Shown here piece after piece: positions 14,771 to 17,284 of a DNA stretch of 17,284 bases. The notes under the pieces are model-generated. The model did not search any database. It was given only the letters and a program-made list of their open reading frames with translations, and was not told where the DNA came from. The DNA is from Ignavibacteria bacterium (GTDB lineage Bacteria; Elusimicrobiota; Endomicrobiia; PHAN01), in contig JBGFRZ010000044.1 in the NCBI GenBank assembly GCA_041694835.1, positions 1 to 17,284 of the forward strand. Reading direction: 5' to 3'. Position 1 is the first letter of the stretch, and each line of letters starts with the position of its first letter. A program made the position numbers and the translations under genes.

Positions 14771-15927
14771 ACCATGGAAACCACCTTGAATGTTTCCCGG
14801 GCGAGCATCAGCTCTTCGTTCGTTGGAATCACAAAAACCCTGACAGAAGAATCGTTGGATGATATCTCACCGAATGTCGCCTCTGTATTTTCGTTTCTTT
14901 TCTTGTCGAGTTTCGCCCCGAAAAAATCCATAGATGAAAGAATCATGTTTCTTATTTCGGGGGAATTTTCCCCTATCCCTCCCGTAAAAATTATGGCGTC
15001 GCAACCATTGAGCGCCGCCATGTAAGAACCTATGTATTTTTTCGCCCTGTAACAATAAATGTCAACGGCGAGATTCGCCGACTGATCGTCTGACTCCAGA
15101 AGTTTTCTCATGTCCGAGGAAATTCCGGATATGCCCGCCAAACCACTCTGTTTATTAAATATGGAAAGAAGCTCGCTTGTTTTCAATCCTTCTTTTTCCA
15201 TAAGATAAATTGGAATTTCGGGGTCCAGATCACCGGCGCGAGTGCCCATTACAAGACCTTCAAGTGGGCTAAAACCCATTGATGTGTCTATCGATTTGCC
15301 GGAGTTTATGGCCGTTATGCTTGAGCCGTTGCCGAGATGACAAGATATGATTTTTTTCATCTCCGGAAAGTTTTTCGTTAGTTCTACCGAAACGTATTTA
15401 TGAGATATCCCGTGAAAACCATATCTTCTGATGCCGTGTTTTTTTGCAAGGTATTTCGGTATAGCGTAGGTTGACGCCACATCTGGTATCGTCTGATGAA
15501 ACGCCGTGTCAAAAACAGCCACGTTTGGCAATCCCGGATAATTCTCCTCGCAGGCGAGCACACCTTCCAGGTTGGGAGGATTGTGAAGGGGGGCGATGTC
15601 GAAATAATGACTTATAGCGTCCTTCACTTCTTCGTTTACGAGAGTCGACTCTTTGAATCGTTCCCCGCCCTGAACAACCCTATGTCCTATGGCGGATATA
15701 TCGGCTCCGCTCTTTTTTACAAGATTTATTATATATGCCACGGCCTCAGCATGATTGTCGATATTAAGCTCTTCGGGTATCATATCGCTGTTTCGTATAT
15801 GATTGCAGGGGATGCCGACGACATGGATGCAATCAATGATGCCTGAAACTATCTTTTTTTCAACAGGAACATCCCAGAGAGAGTATTTGACGCTGGAGGA
15901 GCCGCAATTAAGAACCAGTATATTCAT
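14767..15927 (-). CDS. ackA: Acetate kinase
   Basis: LVLNCGSSS.KY, GHRVVQGG, APLHNP, VFDTAFH, RRYGFHG.SH, HLGNGSS, MGF.PLEGL.MGTR, FTGGIGENS, PTNEE. Confidence 0.96.
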   Translation of the reverse strand: MNILVLNCGSSSVKYSLWDVPVEKKIVSGIIDCIHVVGIPCNHIRNSDMIPEELNIDNHAEAVAYIINLVKKSGADISAIGHRVVQGGERFKESTLVNEEVKDAISHYFDIAPLHNPPNLEGVLACEENYPGLPNVAVFDTAFHQTIPDVASTYAIPKYLAKKHGIRRYGFHGISHKYVSVELTKNFPEMKKIISCHLGNGSSITAINSGKSIDTSMGFSPLEGLVMGTRAGDLDPEIPIYLMEKEGLKTSELLSIFNKQSGLAGISGISSDMRKLLESDDQSANLAVDIYCYRAKKYIGSYMAALNGCDAIIFTGGIGENSPEIRNMILSSMDFFGAKLDKKRNENTEATFGEISSNDSSVRVFVIPTNEELMLARETFKVVSMV

Positions 15928-15934
15928 GGTAAAC

Positions 15935-16984
15935 TTAAATGTATTTAATTATCGCGTCGCCGACTTCAGACATCGTCGAATTTCCACCGAGATCATATGT
16001 CAGCTTTTGACCCTCAAATATCACTTTTTTTACGGCGTTCTCAAGCCTTGAAGCGATAGAAGATTCTCCGAGATATTCAAGCATCAGTTTGGCCGAAAGT
16101 ATCAAAGCCATTGGGTTTACCTTGTTCATACCCTTATACTTCGGCGCCGAACCGTGGACTGCCTCAAAAACTGCGACATTCGTTCCGAAATTCCCACCAG
16201 GAGCGACGCCGAGTCCCCCGATAAGCCCTGCACCAAGATCGGATATTATGTCGCCGTAAAGATTCGGCATCACCAAAACATCGTAAAGATGGGGTTTTAT
16301 CACAAGCTGCATGCACATATTGTCGACAAGCCTTTCCTCGTATTCGATTTGAGTATATTTTTTTGCCACATGCCGGGCAATCTCGAGAAATAATCCGTCG
16401 GAGCATTTCATTATATTCGCTTTTGTCACCGCTGTCACTTTCTTTCTCTTTTTATTTACGGCATAATCAAACGCAAATCTTACTACTCGCTCCGTGGCAA
16501 AAGGGGATATGGGTTTTATGGAAATGGCAGCGTCCTGAAATATTTTGTCTTTATGTTTATTTACTATCGCGTTTGCGTCATCTGATCCCGACGGATATTC
16601 CACTCCGGCATAAAGATCTTCCGTATTTTCCCTCACAACAACAATATCTATCCGGGTGTGTCCGGATTTAATGCCGGGATAAAGCTTCACAGGTCTTACG
16701 CAGGCATAGAGATCAAGCTCTTTTCTGAGAGCGACGTTTACGCTTCTGAATCCACTGGCTATGGGCGTTGTTATGGGACCTTTTAATGCCACCTTGTTTT
16801 TCTTGATAGATTCAATGACATTGTTCGGAAGAGGTGTGCCATATTTTTCCATTACATCCGCACCGGCTTCTGCAACCTCCCAGTTTATTTTTGCGCCGGT
16901 AGAGGCTATTACCCTTTTGGTAACTTCGGTTATTTCCGGACCAGTGCCGTCGCCAGGGATAAGCGTTATATCGTAAGTTTTCAT
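15935..16984 (-). CDS. icd: Isocitrate dehydrogenase (isocitrate/isopropylmalate dehydrogenase family)
   Basis: [34 protein letters not shown] (Ser/Asn isocitrate pattern), [45 protein letters not shown] before ATG 16984. The ORF-track extension to 17104 runs through repeats. Confidence 0.85.
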   Translation of the reverse strand: MKTYDITLIPGDGTGPEITEVTKRVIASTGAKINWEVAEAGADVMEKYGTPLPNNVIESIKKNKVALKGPITTPIASGFRSVNVALRKELDLYACVRPVKLYPGIKSGHTRIDIVVVRENTEDLYAGVEYPSGSDDANAIVNKHKDKIFQDAAISIKPISPFATERVVRFAFDYAVNKKRKKVTAVTKANIMKCSDGLFLEIARHVAKKYTQIEYEERLVDNMCMQLVIKPHLYDVLVMPNLYGDIISDLGAGLIGGLGVAPGGNFGTNVAVFEAVHGSAPKYKGMNKVNPMALILSAKLMLEYLGESSIASRLENAVKKVIFEGQKLTYDLGGNSTMSEVGDAIIKYI

Positions 16985-17039
16985 GATTGGACTCCGAATA
17001 TATTTTGGTATCGGAATTTGAATAATATACCACAGAGTC

Positions 17040-17059
17040 GTCCCGATATACATCGGGAC
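17040..17059. repeat. GTCCCGAT-N4-ATCGGGAC hairpin repeat
   Basis: Perfect 8-bp stem; AGTCG at 17036-17040 and 17060-17064; sister copy at 1177-1195. Confidence 0.8.
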
Positions 17060-17080
17060 AGTCGCCGACACAGAGATGTT

Positions 17081-17135
17081 GTAGCGGTGGGATTGCCATC
17101 CCACGAATTTCGGCGAATAACAATTCGCCCGCTAC
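17081..17135. repeat. Inverted pair of GTAG-type REP hairpins (REPIN-like doublet)
   Basis: Starts GTAGCGG, ends CCGCTAC; contains GTGGGAT-TGCC-ATCCCAC and GGCGAAT-AACA-ATTCGCC. Confidence 0.75.
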
Positions 17136-17171
17136 TTTGTGGTGAAGATTTTTATCTTGTTAAAGAATAAT

Positions 17172-17284
17172 GAGAGTGTTGAAAAAGTCAGTATTTAGCA
17201 AAGCCAGCGCCATTTAGCCGGTAGGTTTAGCAATTTATGTTTGAAAAATTGCTGACAGTTCTTTCAATTTCTGAATTTTCTCTC
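17172..17284. mobile_element. Second copy of the 1223-1496 MITE-like element, cut off by the window end
   Basis: Begins GAGAGTGTTGAAAAAGT after ATAAT; 100/105 identical to 1228-1332. Confidence 0.78.

Noticed and set aside
506..16976. Remaining plus-strand and alternate-frame ORFs in the track
   Set aside because: Shadows of well-supported minus-strand genes with no family motifs.
16985..17104. N-terminal extensions in the ORF track for icd (also rnc, acpP, fabD, fabF, fabG)
   Set aside because: Family homology begins at downstream ATGs, several with a clear RBS; most extensions run through repeats, spacers or neighbouring genes.
1223..17284. Composite transposon or genomic island bounded by the two repeat copies
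   Set aside because: The cargo is core housekeeping genes, there is no transposase or integrase, and independent MITE insertions explain it more simply.

Overview
Bacterial core-genome window (anaerobe-like gene content; the L32 sequence loosely suggests Elusimicrobiota, low confidence). All credible genes are on the minus strand. Reading right to left: isocitrate dehydrogenase, ackA, rpmF-plsX-fabH-fabD-fabG-acpP-fabF-rnc, acyl-CoA dehydrogenase-etfB-etfA (ferredoxin-fused), panE, pcm (with a lipoprotein-like signal), a C45-family Ntn hydrolase, cobO/btuR and a truncated asparagine-synthase-like ORF. The proteins are ordinary; the unusual content is a dense set of small repeats. (i) Three MITE-like elements share IS-type terminal inverted repeats: 1223-1496 carries a near-consensus sigma70 promoter, 17172-end is a ~95% identical partial copy, and 14448-14707 is inverted, has an ATAAT duplication, is filled with other repeat families and sits in the predicted rpmF leader. 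(ii) GTAG-type REP/REPIN hairpins and GTCCCGAT..ATCGGGAC hairpins. (iii) 7/8-mer tandem arrays that begin at or next to stop codons. (iv) Three apparent in-frame repeat insertions inside coding sequences (Asn-synthase-like ORF, cobO, panE). No transposase, CRISPR array, tRNA or rRNA was seen. Everything was read by eye; no database searches were run.
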